From the IMG/VR virus record IMGVR_UViG_2974692648_000001, positions 173,510 through 237,509 of that record: a stretch of 64,000 bases of DNA. One strand, given 5' to 3'. This DNA comes from a virus (lineage: Duplodnaviria; Caudoviricetes). A model generated the notes under the pieces. The model searched no databases. It saw only the letters and a program-made list of their open reading frames with translations, and was not told the origin of the DNA. Both the position numbers and the translations under genes were made by a program. How positions within the stretch are numbered: position 1 is the first letter of the stretch; each line of letters starts with the position of its first letter. Shown here in pieces: positions 1-9,535 of the stretch.

Positions 1-60
1 AATGCCATAAGACCGGAGCTTGGGTTTGAAGCGCATTTCTATCCAACTAAAAGAGAGAAA

Positions 61-504
61 GTGGAAGAGTTTGTTAAAAGCATTGACGGGGAGGAGTTGG
101 AAATCTTTGCTTTCCGTGAAGGTCGTCAACGTCCAGCCTACGCTAAACCTCACATGCAACAATACTTCGGAAAGCGTGTCTACACGTTCCGTGGTGTGAA
201 TACTGACTCTCATTACTTGGACATTAACTTGTTGGGTGAACAGATCATCGACATTTGTTTGCAACAACAATTAACTACGTCTGAAGACCGTGTCAAGTTT
301 GATATGGGTCTGTTACGTGATCTATTGTTTGGATTCGAATACGAAGAGATGCAATTAGCTTCACAAGTGTATTCACCGGAGATGTTTAACTCTATCGTAT
401 CAGCGAGCAAAGAGTTCTCCAAAGTGAACGCATTGAGTTACAAAATCCAATCGGATTCTGTTCAACCTAAAGTTTCATACAAGTGGTTGCAACAACCAGC
501 ATGA
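61..504 (+). CDS. hypothetical protein
   Basis: 147-aa ORF, GTG start after purine-rich AAGAGAG; stop overlaps next ATG (ATGA). Confidence 0.6.
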   Translation: MEEFVKSIDGEELEIFAFREGRQRPAYAKPHMQQYFGKRVYTFRGVNTDSHYLDINLLGEQIIDICLQQQLTTSEDRVKFDMGLLRDLLFGFEYEEMQLASQVYSPEMFNSIVSASKEFSKVNALSYKIQSDSVQPKVSYKWLQQPA

Positions 505-983
505 CTTTAATGTGGATGGGATTATTGGTCGTGGTTTTAGTGGGGGCGGGGATACACGCCCTCAATACTAAATACCATGGTGTTGGTGACTTTTATTACG
601 TTACCTTGAGGACAGAGGAAGCCGGAAGATTGGTGCTCAATTTCGAGTGCTCTGACTCCAACAAGTCTTTCTCTTTAGTGTTAATTTCTAATGGATTAGA
701 AAACGTCTTAGATGAAGAATTGAACACCAGCAGTGACTCGTCCACTACTTATTTGAGTTACTACACTGGTAAACATTTCTACACGGGTATCATGAACCAG
801 ATTCAAACGTGTCTCTATCTAAGTAGAGGAGACCGTCAACTGAAAGAAAGGTTATTGATAGTCCATGATCTAATCGCTCTAATCTATCGTCAGCAAGACA
901 CGATGCGAATCACTGATAAAGGTAACTTTGAAGTGGGGTATCGTGCAGCTAGGTGTATCAAGGCTTTAGGGAGAATACCATGA
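501..983 (+). CDS. hypothetical membrane-anchored protein
   Basis: Likely start ATG 501 (ATGA overlap); N-terminal hydrophobic helix WMGLLVVVLVGAGI. Confidence 0.65.
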   Translation: MTLMWMGLLVVVLVGAGIHALNTKYHGVGDFYYVTLRTEEAGRLVLNFECSDSNKSFSLVLISNGLENVLDEELNTSSDSSTTYLSYYTGKHFYTGIMNQIQTCLYLSRGDRQLKERLLIVHDLIALIYRQQDTMRITDKGNFEVGYRAARCIKALGRIP

Positions 984-1498
984 TCTTTGTATTAACGTTT
1001 ATCACATTACTGACCGTCGGGTCTTTATTTTCAGCAGATCAATACCAACCAATTTACATTTTTATGATCTTAGTAGTTTCAGCAGGATGGTGCATTATGA
1101 AACTACTCGACAATAAATCTCAAAAGCGTTTCCGCGTTAACGCCGTTCGTAAGGATGACGTAACTCGTTTTGAGATTTATGATCATAACGACAAGGTTAA
1201 GTTCGTACTAGTCGTTATGGAGAACACGGAGGGGTATAGTTTATTAGAACGAGATTATCATTCTTTAAACTCTTTAACTTGGTGCACTCCTAATCAAGAA
1301 CGCGACTCTTTGAATTTAGTCAAACTCCTTAGTTCATTGGACGAGTCGGAGCGCAATACCGTCACTGAACAATTCTTTAACTTACTGTTGGTGCTGACCC
1401 ACCAAAAACCCGTCATCAGTCATACTTGTTATGAAGACTACTCGATCTCTGAATCCGCAAAAGAACAGTTTGCGAGTTCGCTTCGTCTGGCTCTTTAA
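980..1498 (+). CDS. hypothetical membrane protein (2 N-terminal TM helices)
   Basis: ATG 980 after GGGAG RBS, ATGA overlap; two hydrophobic segments. Confidence 0.65.
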   Translation: MIFVLTFITLLTVGSLFSADQYQPIYIFMILVVSAGWCIMKLLDNKSQKRFRVNAVRKDDVTRFEIYDHNDKVKFVLVVMENTEGYSLLERDYHSLNSLTWCTPNQERDSLNLVKLLSSLDESERNTVTEQFFNLLLVLTHQKPVISHTCYEDYSISESAKEQFASSLRLAL

Positions 1499-1536
1499 TA
1501 AGCGCTGATGTTCAATATACTCAGAAGGAAACAATA

Positions 1537-2013
1537 ATGAAAAGTAAATTCTCTTGTTTATTACTCATGTGCATCAGCATGGCTGTGTCAGCAGACTACG
1601 TTGTACTGGATCAAACCTCCACACAAAAATGGGAGTATAATCCAGGTAAGGACGCTTTCACCTACCAATTCAATTATCAAGTTAATCGTTCATTGGAATT
1701 GAGTTTCTTTTGTGACCCTATCCAGGGTGAAGGGAAATTTAAATTAATACTGGATGGGCGTATATATGAAGAGAAAGATTTGGGTAAGTTGTATGGCTAT
1801 GATTCGTACTACGACTTGGCTCAGAACATGGGGTTCGCTCCAGGTGAATGGAACTACGGTGACTTCGCTCATTTCTTCGCACAATACGAAACCATATGGT
1901 TTACTGATAAGGATGGGAAGGAACTCACTTCTTTCCCCAACGACAACAGGATGGCGGCTAATGAACTTTTCTCATTCAGAAAAGAGTGTCGTGCAGTTGT
2001 GCTAGATAAATAA
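1537..2013 (+). CDS. hypothetical secreted/periplasmic protein
   Basis: AAGGA RBS; signal-peptide-like N-terminus MKSKFSCLLLMCISMAVSA-D. Confidence 0.7.
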   Translation: MKSKFSCLLLMCISMAVSADYVVLDQTSTQKWEYNPGKDAFTYQFNYQVNRSLELSFFCDPIQGEGKFKLILDGRIYEEKDLGKLYGYDSYYDLAQNMGFAPGEWNYGDFAHFFAQYETIWFTDKDGKELTSFPNDNRMAANELFSFRKECRAVVLDK

Positions 2014-2033
2014 TAATTAAAAAGGCTGATGTA

Positions 2034-2064
2034 GGGAGGTGGGTTATCCACCTCCCGTTCTTTT
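2034..2064 (+). terminator. intrinsic terminator
   Basis: GGGAGGTGG-gttat-CCACCTCCC followed by T-rich tail. Confidence 0.75.
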
Positions 2065-2095
2065 ACACTTTATTTTTTTACTAAATATTATTAAA

Positions 2096-2112
2096 TCTAT
2101 ATTATCAAAGTG
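2096..2112 (+). promoter_or_regulatory. putative phage early promoter motif
   Basis: TCTATATTATCAAAGTG; similar motif at 10225, 48208 and 56077; resembles the phiKZ early TATTAC element. Confidence 0.5.
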
Positions 2113-2144
2113 TTATGAGACTTAGTTTTCTTAAGGAAGCAACT

Positions 2145-2936
2145 ATGAAAGAACGCATCGACAAATATCAAGCCAGGTTTTTATGGTTAGCTGAGCAAGC
2201 TGGAATTACCGTTAATAAACCTATTGTAGGTTTTTGCACATCAAGTATTAACAAGAACGACTCCGCACACAATCTAGAACATGTGTTAGCGGTTGTAAAG
2301 CTCGGGGTGGAGCTAGGAATAAAGAAGGGATACTACGGCACCAAAGAAATGCTAATCGTCTACTACGGATGTTTGATGCACGATTTAGGTTGCCGTTGGG
2401 ATAGAGCTTCGCATCATGTGGAGTCCGCTATATTAGCAGAGGAATTACTAACTTCATTTGGTGGTAAGGAATTAACTGGGGAACAAATAGCACAAGTGGG
2501 ACTGTGTTGTTTGGAACACCGCAGTAGTTATAAAGGTGGTCCGACTACGGAACTTAGTACCTTGGTGGCTTTAGCGGACCGAGGTAAACCTAACTTTCCT
2601 TTATACGTAATGCGGAGTTTCTTGTTTCGTTGTAAGGAAGAGTTGACCCAACGTCAAATGACTAACGAGATCTACAACCACTTGTTAGAAAAGTTTGGTC
2701 GTTCGGAAGGTTATAACTGGGATAGCTATCCTAGTAGTGGATTGGATTTGTTTGCTGAAGATTGGCGGACTTTTGATCGACTACTCCTACGCAAAAACGT
2801 AAATTCATTAGTCAATACCTACACTGAACAGTACAACCGAACGGGATTAGTTCGTCCGGTTGAGCACATAGACACCCACTACATGGGGTTGTGGGGTAAA
2901 CGTAATAATGACCGTAAGATACGGTTTAAGGGATAA
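2145..2936 (+). CDS. HD-domain phosphohydrolase
   Basis: H..EH, MHDLG, HH, EHR, LADR metal-binding pattern of the HD superfamily; ATG 2145 has AAGGA RBS. Confidence 0.8.
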   Translation: MKERIDKYQARFLWLAEQAGITVNKPIVGFCTSSINKNDSAHNLEHVLAVVKLGVELGIKKGYYGTKEMLIVYYGCLMHDLGCRWDRASHHVESAILAEELLTSFGGKELTGEQIAQVGLCCLEHRSSYKGGPTTELSTLVALADRGKPNFPLYVMRSFLFRCKEELTQRQMTNEIYNHLLEKFGRSEGYNWDSYPSSGLDLFAEDWRTFDRLLLRKNVNSLVNTYTEQYNRTGLVRPVEHIDTHYMGLWGKRNNDRKIRFKG

Positions 2937-2939
2937 AGA

Positions 2940-3848
2940 GTGATTTATACAAACTTCAAAGAACTGGGCCAGCGTGTACTTAATGAAGGTGAGGTTATCC
3001 ATAACCAACGCACTGGTAAAAACTGCCTTACGGTAATTAATGCGGACCTAACGTATCATAATGACTTAGGCGCTGTACCAGCTAATACTCTTCGCCAATC
3101 ACCTTTCTATTTAGGTGTTGGTGAACTATTAGGTTACTGGAAGGGGTTAATGAATGCCGCGGATTTTCGTGCTTTGATGACTAAGTCTTGGGATGCGAAT
3201 GCCAACGAAAATAAAGCGTGGTTAAATAACCCCAACCGTCTTGGTGAAGATGACATGGGTGTGGTTTACGGTGCAGTTGCCAACCATTGGCCGATCATGG
3301 AGTTTGTGAATCGGTCAGCGCGCATTAAGGATGACGGTACTTTAGATTTACGTCATTCTGGCGAAATTGATATACTGCACAAGATCTATACGGATTTAAG
3401 TAATGGTCTGGATGATCGTGGTGAGATCCTTAACTTCTGGAATCCGGGGATGTTTGATTTAGGATGTTTACGTCCTTGTATGTATTCCCACCACTGGTCA
3501 CTGGTAAACGATAACATGTACCTGAACTCAACGCAACGCTCAGCGGATTTAGGATTGGGCGTAAGCTCCAACATGATTCAAGTTTTCTTGAGCAATGCGC
3601 TGATGGCACAGATTACAGGTCATCATGCTAAAGAGTCTTATCATAAGCTGGTTAACGTACATTTGTATGAAGACCAAATTGACCTGTTCCGTGGTGAGAT
3701 GGAGCGAGAACCTTTGGAAGCACCTACGTTGTGGATTAACCCAGACATTAAAACGCTGGAGGACGTTCGCACTTGGGTAACTCCTAAAGACTTCAAGCTT
3801 ATCGACTACAAGCATCACGACAAAATCGTGTATCCGTTTACCGTTTAG
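2940..3848 (+). CDS. thyA: thymidylate synthase
   Basis: RTG, LRPCMYSH (catalytic Cys), QRSADLGLG..N, HLYEDQ motifs. Confidence 0.95.
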   Translation: MIYTNFKELGQRVLNEGEVIHNQRTGKNCLTVINADLTYHNDLGAVPANTLRQSPFYLGVGELLGYWKGLMNAADFRALMTKSWDANANENKAWLNNPNRLGEDDMGVVYGAVANHWPIMEFVNRSARIKDDGTLDLRHSGEIDILHKIYTDLSNGLDDRGEILNFWNPGMFDLGCLRPCMYSHHWSLVNDNMYLNSTQRSADLGLGVSSNMIQVFLSNALMAQITGHHAKESYHKLVNVHLYEDQIDLFRGEMEREPLEAPTLWINPDIKTLEDVRTWVTPKDFKLIDYKHHDKIVYPFTV

Positions 3849-3861
3849 TTGATTAAATCAG

Positions 3862-3890
3862 GTGGGTCCTTCGGGACCCACTCCTTTTTT
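3862..3890 (+). terminator. intrinsic terminator
   Basis: GTGGGTCC-TTCG-GGACCCAC followed by a T6 tract. Confidence 0.9.
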
Positions 3891-3920
3891 GCACTTTAAA
3901 AATTTATTAAGGATGTTTCC

Positions 3921-4370
3921 ATGCAAACTGAACCAAATAAGTTTGAATCAGAAAAGATTCGTTATCAAAGAAACAAAAAGTCAATTCTGGAACGCTGCGA
4001 TGTTTCATGTCGGGAGGTCATCCAGTCATTAAACCAATGTTGTTATCTGGGGACAAGATACTGCTGTGAGGGACATGAGACTAACGACAATGTAGTTTAT
4101 TCCATCCAAATGGTTTACCGTAATGAAGCATTTGAAAAACTTATTATGTTGTATCACCTGCTCACTGATGCTTTTGACGAACCCAATGTCGTTGAAATGA
4201 AGTTTGCAAGAAAAAGAACAACAGTCAGCAACAATAATGCCCTGCACGTAGTTACCTTCTTTGTACGTCGTGATACTTACAAGAAACCTAGCGCTGATGA
4301 AGTCTCTCAAATTTTCATGAATTGGATTGAGACTTACCGTGTTAGCGAACCGACTCATTTCTATTCATGA
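3921..4370 (+). CDS. hypothetical protein (LN..T.YCCEGH motif)
   Basis: AAGGA RBS, 149 aa; Cys/His motif. Confidence 0.65.
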   Translation: MQTEPNKFESEKIRYQRNKKSILERCDVSCREVIQSLNQCCYLGTRYCCEGHETNDNVVYSIQMVYRNEAFEKLIMLYHLLTDAFDEPNVVEMKFARKRTTVSNNNALHVVTFFVRRDTYKKPSADEVSQIFMNWIETYRVSEPTHFYS

Positions 4371-4376
4371 GGTTAA

Positions 4377-5015
4377 ATGATGAAAAATTTCTACATGCAA
4401 ATAAACGACGACAACTTCCGTGTTCAGTTTACTTCCGACCGAGACAGTTATTGGACTTGCGAAACCAGAGGTGGGAAACCCGTCTGGAGAGATAAGCTGA
4501 AATATCATCCGGAAGAAGGTGAACCCGAACGGGTGATGTTCGGTAGTCGACTGCTGTACGATAACGTTATGGATTTGTCATGTAACGACATGCTAGATGC
4601 TGCCAAAGTTTTTGGTCTCGATGAATTGAAACCGGGCACTTACAAGATCCGACCTCCTGGTTGTTATTTCTACGAGGTAGGTTTAACTTATTGGTATGGC
4701 ATTACTGAATCGGGCCGAGTCATAGCAGTGACGCTATCTAAATCTAACTTGACCATTGAAGAATATGATAAAGAAGGGAACTACTTTATCGACCCGGATA
4801 ATGAAGGCACGCGTGTGGCTGAAGCGGTTGGGATTTTCTCTGCCGAGGAAACGCTACTTTGGGTGATGATGGTCGTCATGCGACCTGAGGTACCTAAGAT
4901 GTTAAAAAGTTATTATCGTCCTGACGACACTATATCTATCCATACGGTAAATTACAGTGAAGGTCTGATCGAGGAATGGGTCGGTAAATTTGAAAAAGCA
5001 TTGGAGGAATTGTAA
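4377..5015 (+). CDS. hypothetical protein, paralog of 5726..6370
   Basis: GAGG RBS; shares W.C/M.T...PVW, EEG.PE.V..G, W.G.T..G motifs with 5726..6370. Confidence 0.75.
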   Translation: MMKNFYMQINDDNFRVQFTSDRDSYWTCETRGGKPVWRDKLKYHPEEGEPERVMFGSRLLYDNVMDLSCNDMLDAAKVFGLDELKPGTYKIRPPGCYFYEVGLTYWYGITESGRVIAVTLSKSNLTIEEYDKEGNYFIDPDNEGTRVAEAVGIFSAEETLLWVMMVVMRPEVPKMLKSYYRPDDTISIHTVNYSEGLIEEWVGKFEKALEEL

Positions 5016-5722
5016 TGACCATCGTCGTTTTCCATAAAGGTACTTTCATGGCCGATTCATTAAGTCGTCACGGTGCCGAATTAGAAGCAGAACATCGAGG
5101 TCGAGAGGCTTCCAAATCACATCTTAAGATTTATCCGGTTCCTGAAGACGTGCCTAAGTTTGATGACGGAAGCGGTACGTTAAAGACTCCGGACTTCATG
5201 GGTTCAGCTGGATCGACTTTCGCTATTCGGGTGACTACACTTTTTTTAAGTGACTTGTTGACTCCGTTCGGACTAACTAATTTCGTTCCCGGAACTTATA
5301 ACTTACAAACCTGCAATTTACAAGTAAACACTAATCGTGTTGCATGGTTTTTATTCCGGGTAGGTGAACAATGTTTCCGGGTTGAATACGAAGGGAACAA
5401 ACTCATCATCGGTGAATTAAAAGACGCCGACATCATTGGGAGTGCCAAGGGTTCATATAACTTTTTATTGAAAGTGTTGTATGACACCTTTAATCCTCCG
5501 CTTAATAAGAAGTTTGTTGCGTTGAACTTTTTGTTGTTGTCGGGCATCGACGAAACCATTGGTGGTGATCTTTGGGTGGTAAACAAAGGTGAAAGAGAAA
5601 TTACCGCGTCATCTCCCAAACTTAGTGATAAAGTTAAAAAGAAACTGGTCAAGGATTATCGTGAGAATTTGTACAAAAAAGCTAATCTCACTTTACCTGT
5701 TGAAGAAAAGAAAGAGGATTAA
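5015..5722 (+). CDS. putative proteasome-beta/HslV-like Ntn-hydrolase
   Basis: N-terminal M-T, ADS, HLKI, GSAG, IGS, D.TIGG in proteasome-beta order. Confidence 0.6.
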   Translation: MTIVVFHKGTFMADSLSRHGAELEAEHRGREASKSHLKIYPVPEDVPKFDDGSGTLKTPDFMGSAGSTFAIRVTTLFLSDLLTPFGLTNFVPGTYNLQTCNLQVNTNRVAWFLFRVGEQCFRVEYEGNKLIIGELKDADIIGSAKGSYNFLLKVLYDTFNPPLNKKFVALNFLLLSGIDETIGGDLWVVNKGEREITASSPKLSDKVKKKLVKDYRENLYKKANLTLPVEEKKED

Positions 5723-5725
5723 ACA

Positions 5726-6370
5726 ATGTCCATAATCAGTGTAGACAGAAGCGGGTTCATGGTTACCGCCGTTACTGAGCGCGGTCCCTTTTGGTGCATG
5801 ACGACTTCCGCTAGTCGCCCTGTCTGGAGCAAAGACTTCCCTATTGAACGTGAGGAAGGCGTACCAGAACATGTGATTTATGGTGCGGCTTACGACGATG
5901 GTGAAGGGAAAGATTTTTCTTCTAATGAATTTTACGACATCATGTGGTTGTATCAAGTTGAAAAGTTAGAGGAAGGGACGTATCCACTCCGTCACCCACT
6001 TATGGTGCACAGTAAGATGGGAGAGCATCGCTGGGCTGGTTTAACTAACAAAGGTACTTTAGTTACCTTAAAACTTAACGACAGAAATTTGGAGATTAAG
6101 TTTTACGATGTTAGCGACGGTGGCAGTTATCTCATTGACAATGACCAAGAGAAAGGTCTTCCGATCGCAAGCGAAGTTGTTGGGGTTATAGACGGTCCCG
6201 AAAGTTTGCAATGGGGGATGTTAGCTAGCCTCAGAAAGGACACCCCTAAGTTAGCCAAGGTGTTTTCTACTGATCGAGACATAAGTGTTGTAATGTCCAT
6301 GAATCCAAAACCTGAAACATTAGATAGTTGGGTGACTGCTCTGGATGAAAAGCTAGGAGAATTAGTATGA
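5726..6370 (+). CDS. hypothetical protein, paralog of 4377..5015
   Basis: GAGGA RBS; colinear similarity to 4377..5015. Confidence 0.75.
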   Translation: MSIISVDRSGFMVTAVTERGPFWCMTTSASRPVWSKDFPIEREEGVPEHVIYGAAYDDGEGKDFSSNEFYDIMWLYQVEKLEEGTYPLRHPLMVHSKMGEHRWAGLTNKGTLVTLKLNDRNLEIKFYDVSDGGSYLIDNDQEKGLPIASEVVGVIDGPESLQWGMLASLRKDTPKLAKVFSTDRDISVVMSMNPKPETLDSWVTALDEKLGELV

Positions 6371-7083
6371 CTTTAGTTGTTGGATTTTTAGGTGACATGA
6401 TGGCTGATTCTAAGGCGATGAGCTGCGCCGAAGAGTTAGAACGTCGTCCTCGGGTTGCCACGCATGATCATCTTAAGATCATGCCCGCACCTAACTTGAC
6501 CCCTCCTTATGTTGATGAAGAAGGAACAGAGCATGTTCCAGACTTTATGGGAGTGGCAGGGAACACTAATGCAGTAGAGATGCTTAAGTTAGACCCCACG
6601 GATATGTTAGGTTTGTTTGGTTTGGAGAAATTCATTCCTGGTGAATACAACATGTCTTTGATCAATTTTAACATGGATACTGACATCTCTTTAAAAGTCA
6701 TGTTCCGTGTTGGTGAGAAATTCTTTACCGTGGGATTTGACGGTTCTTCTTTGGAGATCTCTAAATTAACCAACTATGTTTCTATGGGTAGTGGTGCTGG
6801 ACCTTTCCGCGTCCTAACTAAGATGCTCTTTGATGACAAGGGGGTGACAGGTCAAGATCTCGCGACTACCTTTAAACTACTCATGTTATCAGGTGCGGAT
6901 GTAACCGTAGGAGGAAAATTCCAATTCCTGTTATCCGGAAAGGATAACGTTTTTAGCGAGACACCTAAGATCACTCAAGAAGACCGAGAGAAATTAGTAA
7001 AGCGTTACAAAGAGACGCTTTACAAACTAAGCGGTCACGAACTCCCTAAAGAAGCGGAAGAGGAAAAGATTGAGAAGGAGTAG
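6367..7083 (+). CDS. putative proteasome-beta/HslV-like Ntn-hydrolase (paralog of 5015..5722)
   Basis: M-T start, ADS, HLKI, GVAG, MGSG, D.TVGG. Confidence 0.6.
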   Translation: MTLVVGFLGDMMADSKAMSCAEELERRPRVATHDHLKIMPAPNLTPPYVDEEGTEHVPDFMGVAGNTNAVEMLKLDPTDMLGLFGLEKFIPGEYNMSLINFNMDTDISLKVMFRVGEKFFTVGFDGSSLEISKLTNYVSMGSGAGPFRVLTKMLFDDKGVTGQDLATTFKLLMLSGADVTVGGKFQFLLSGKDNVFSETPKITQEDREKLVKRYKETLYKLSGHELPKEAEEEKIEKE

Positions 7084-7086
7084 GGT

Positions 7087-7656
7087 ATGAAGGAAAACAC
7101 CATCAAGTTGGTGTTACTGGACGTGATCAAAGCTTACCACTCATACCTTGGAAACGAGGTATGGGAGGAAACCCTATTGAAAGCCAACAATGGGGATTGC
7201 ATCTGGATAGCTCAACTTACGGCGTATGTGCTCAGACATGCGTTTGATTTTTCGATAGACATACAGAGTTCCCCTCACCATACATTCTTAGTGTATGACG
7301 GAAAGGTTTACGATTCTCTTAACTTTAACGGCGGAGATGTATTCAGTCTCCCCTTTTACGGAGTATCAAGTAAATGTCGAAAGGAAGTTTCTCCTCTGGA
7401 TTACTTTCATTTGGAACCTTGGGATGAAGATATCTATTCGGTAATTCACCATGTATGTAATCATTATGGAATAATCCCCATGGGGAACGTGGGGTATGAT
7501 TTTGGGAATCCTAAACCCATCGCTATTATTAGTAGTGCGGAAGAACAAAATCGTTTAGAGATTATGGACATTGATGTTGAGTATCGAATTTCAGCTGGAT
7601 ACGAGACGGAACATGTGCATGTTGTTGAAGTTAAAGATAATAACCTAGGTAATTAA
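7087..7656 (+). CDS. putative transglutaminase/papain-fold protein (Cys-His-Asp)
   Basis: NNGDC...PHHTFLVYDGKVYD; paralogous to the N-terminus of 8044..9306. Confidence 0.5.
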   Translation: MKENTIKLVLLDVIKAYHSYLGNEVWEETLLKANNGDCIWIAQLTAYVLRHAFDFSIDIQSSPHHTFLVYDGKVYDSLNFNGGDVFSLPFYGVSSKCRKEVSPLDYFHLEPWDEDIYSVIHHVCNHYGIIPMGNVGYDFGNPKPIAIISSAEEQNRLEIMDIDVEYRISAGYETEHVHVVEVKDNNLGN

Positions 7657-7658
7657 GA

Positions 7659-8051
7659 ATGTTGTTCACAGTCGGTGCGTTAATTAAAAATGCGGAAGGT
7701 AAACTATTGATCCAAAATCATAAAAAGATTGGTGGGTTAACCATCCCTAGTGGTAAATTGGATGATAACGAACGTGACGTGGTTGGACTGACCCGAGAAT
7801 TGAAAGAGGAATTGGGCGTAACAACCCTTTGGGTTGGTAAGCGTTTAGGTAAGTGGCGACAGACCTACGAGGGTTTAGGTGTTGTCGATCAAGCTCTATA
7901 CGAAGTGGTGTTAAACGAAGAACCTCGAAACATGGAACCAAACAAACACACTTCCCAAACTTGGATGTCCATTGAGGAGATCAAATCAAGTGGGGAGAAA
8001 CTCAGCGGATATTTAACTAAAGTTTTAGAACTGGAGAAAACAAATGAGTAA
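7659..8051 (+). CDS. Nudix hydrolase
   Basis: Nudix box GKLDDNERDVVGLTRELKEELG (GX5EX7REUXEEXG). Confidence 0.9.
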   Translation: MLFTVGALIKNAEGKLLIQNHKKIGGLTIPSGKLDDNERDVVGLTRELKEELGVTTLWVGKRLGKWRQTYEGLGVVDQALYEVVLNEEPRNMEPNKHTSQTWMSIEEIKSSGEKLSGYLTKVLELEKTNE

Positions 8052-9306
8052 ACAAATTAAAGAATTAATGTACCAACTGGTCGATTCATTCTCGATTATT
8101 GCTAACCTTAAACACCATAAAGCGGTTCAGTATTTGAACAGCGGGCATTGTTACGCGGTGGCGACGTTAGCACAACACATCTTAAAAGAGAAATATGACA
8201 TCACAGTGAACTTGAAGTCTCACCCACATCATAGTTTCTTTGAATATGACGGTGTCTACTACGATACTTTGTTTCCGGTAGGTTATCCACTACACCCTTC
8301 TGAGGTGTGGCGTATGGAAGAGGCTCGGTGTCGTAAGACTTTAGATGACTGGGCGTTTGGAGAGTGCATGATGGTTAACCCAGACCCAACTATCATCGCT
8401 TGGGTGGAGTACGTTACGGAAAGACTCGGAATCAGTCAACCTAAGTTTTACTGGGAGATGATAGAAACTTTCGAAGATCGTTCTACTTATGATAAGAAAG
8501 CAACTCGTAAAGTCTACCATCACAAACTAGGCAAGTACCGTCGTAAGGTTAAACGTTACCGTCTCCGAGCATGGAAGTTCCGTAACGTAGAATGGAAAAC
8601 GTTCATGATTGGTTGGATGGCGGAGTTTACCCCTTATCCGGAAGATCTTTGGGTGGATTTAGAAGTCATTGAATACGATAAGTGGGTGAAGAAAGTAATC
8701 TCTACCGTTTACCCTCCTTACGAAGAAGTGATGGAGAAGTGTTTTGGTGACGATGTCTTTGACTCCCCTAATGTTCAAGCGATGGGTCGATTAAGTGACA
8801 TCTGTACAGGTGGTGAAGTGGGGTTTAAGCGGGACAACCTTTGGGGTGTATGTGCCAGCACTGGTCTCGAGTTAAGTGCTTCTATGGAAGTGAAGTCTCC
8901 TGTGGGACCCCTAGAGGTTTCGGAGGAAGTGGATAAAATACTGGAAGACGCAGCACAGCACTTGAATGAGAAACACCAACAGTCTAGTTTCCCTCGTGGT
9001 TGTTCTGCTAACGTCAAAATGTACGATGATGCTTGTTATCAACATTACATGAATGCACGGTCTGAAGCCCCAGGTCTTTTGAACTTGACATGTCATCACT
9101 GGAAGGTAATCGACGAGGCTTGCAAAAGAATAAAGGACGGGGAAGTCTTTGATCCTAAAAGAGTGCTTACATTAGGTTCACCTGATAAACTAGAAGATGA
9201 TCCTAAACGTGTACTCTTTGCCGTCGAAGATAACGAGGGTAAAGTGAGCTACACGAGTGATCGAGAAGCGTGGTTAAATAGGGACTCCGGTGACTGCGAG
9301 GAATAA
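8044..9306 (+). CDS. hypothetical protein with N-terminal transglutaminase-like (Cys-His-Asp) domain
   Basis: LNSGHC...PHHSFFEYDGVYYD; GGAG RBS. Confidence 0.55.
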   Translation: MSKQIKELMYQLVDSFSIIANLKHHKAVQYLNSGHCYAVATLAQHILKEKYDITVNLKSHPHHSFFEYDGVYYDTLFPVGYPLHPSEVWRMEEARCRKTLDDWAFGECMMVNPDPTIIAWVEYVTERLGISQPKFYWEMIETFEDRSTYDKKATRKVYHHKLGKYRRKVKRYRLRAWKFRNVEWKTFMIGWMAEFTPYPEDLWVDLEVIEYDKWVKKVISTVYPPYEEVMEKCFGDDVFDSPNVQAMGRLSDICTGGEVGFKRDNLWGVCASTGLELSASMEVKSPVGPLEVSEEVDKILEDAAQHLNEKHQQSSFPRGCSANVKMYDDACYQHYMNARSEAPGLLNLTCHHWKVIDEACKRIKDGEVFDPKRVLTLGSPDKLEDDPKRVLFAVEDNEGKVSYTSDREAWLNRDSGDCEE

Positions 9307-9327
9307 CATCGTATGTAAGGAGAATCT

Positions 9328-9534
9328 ATGAGTAAACTAGCAATAGCGGCTGTGGTGGCCGCTACTTTATCAGCACCACATCCACTAACAATAACGCGTG
9401 ATTGGGAAGAAAGTTTTGACTACGACTTTCTTGCAACTGAGTTAAGAAGACCGCCTCTCAAAATCAACGCGGTTGGCACGAGTAGTCAGAACAACATACG
9501 TCATTTTTATTATTACATTAGAAGGAACAACTGA
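9328..9534 (+). CDS. small hypothetical protein
   Basis: AAGGAG RBS; hydrophobic N-terminus. Confidence 0.55.
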   Translation: MSKLAIAAVVAATLSAPHPLTITRDWEESFDYDFLATELRRPPLKINAVGTSSQNNIRHFYYYIRRNN

Positions 9535-9535
9535 G

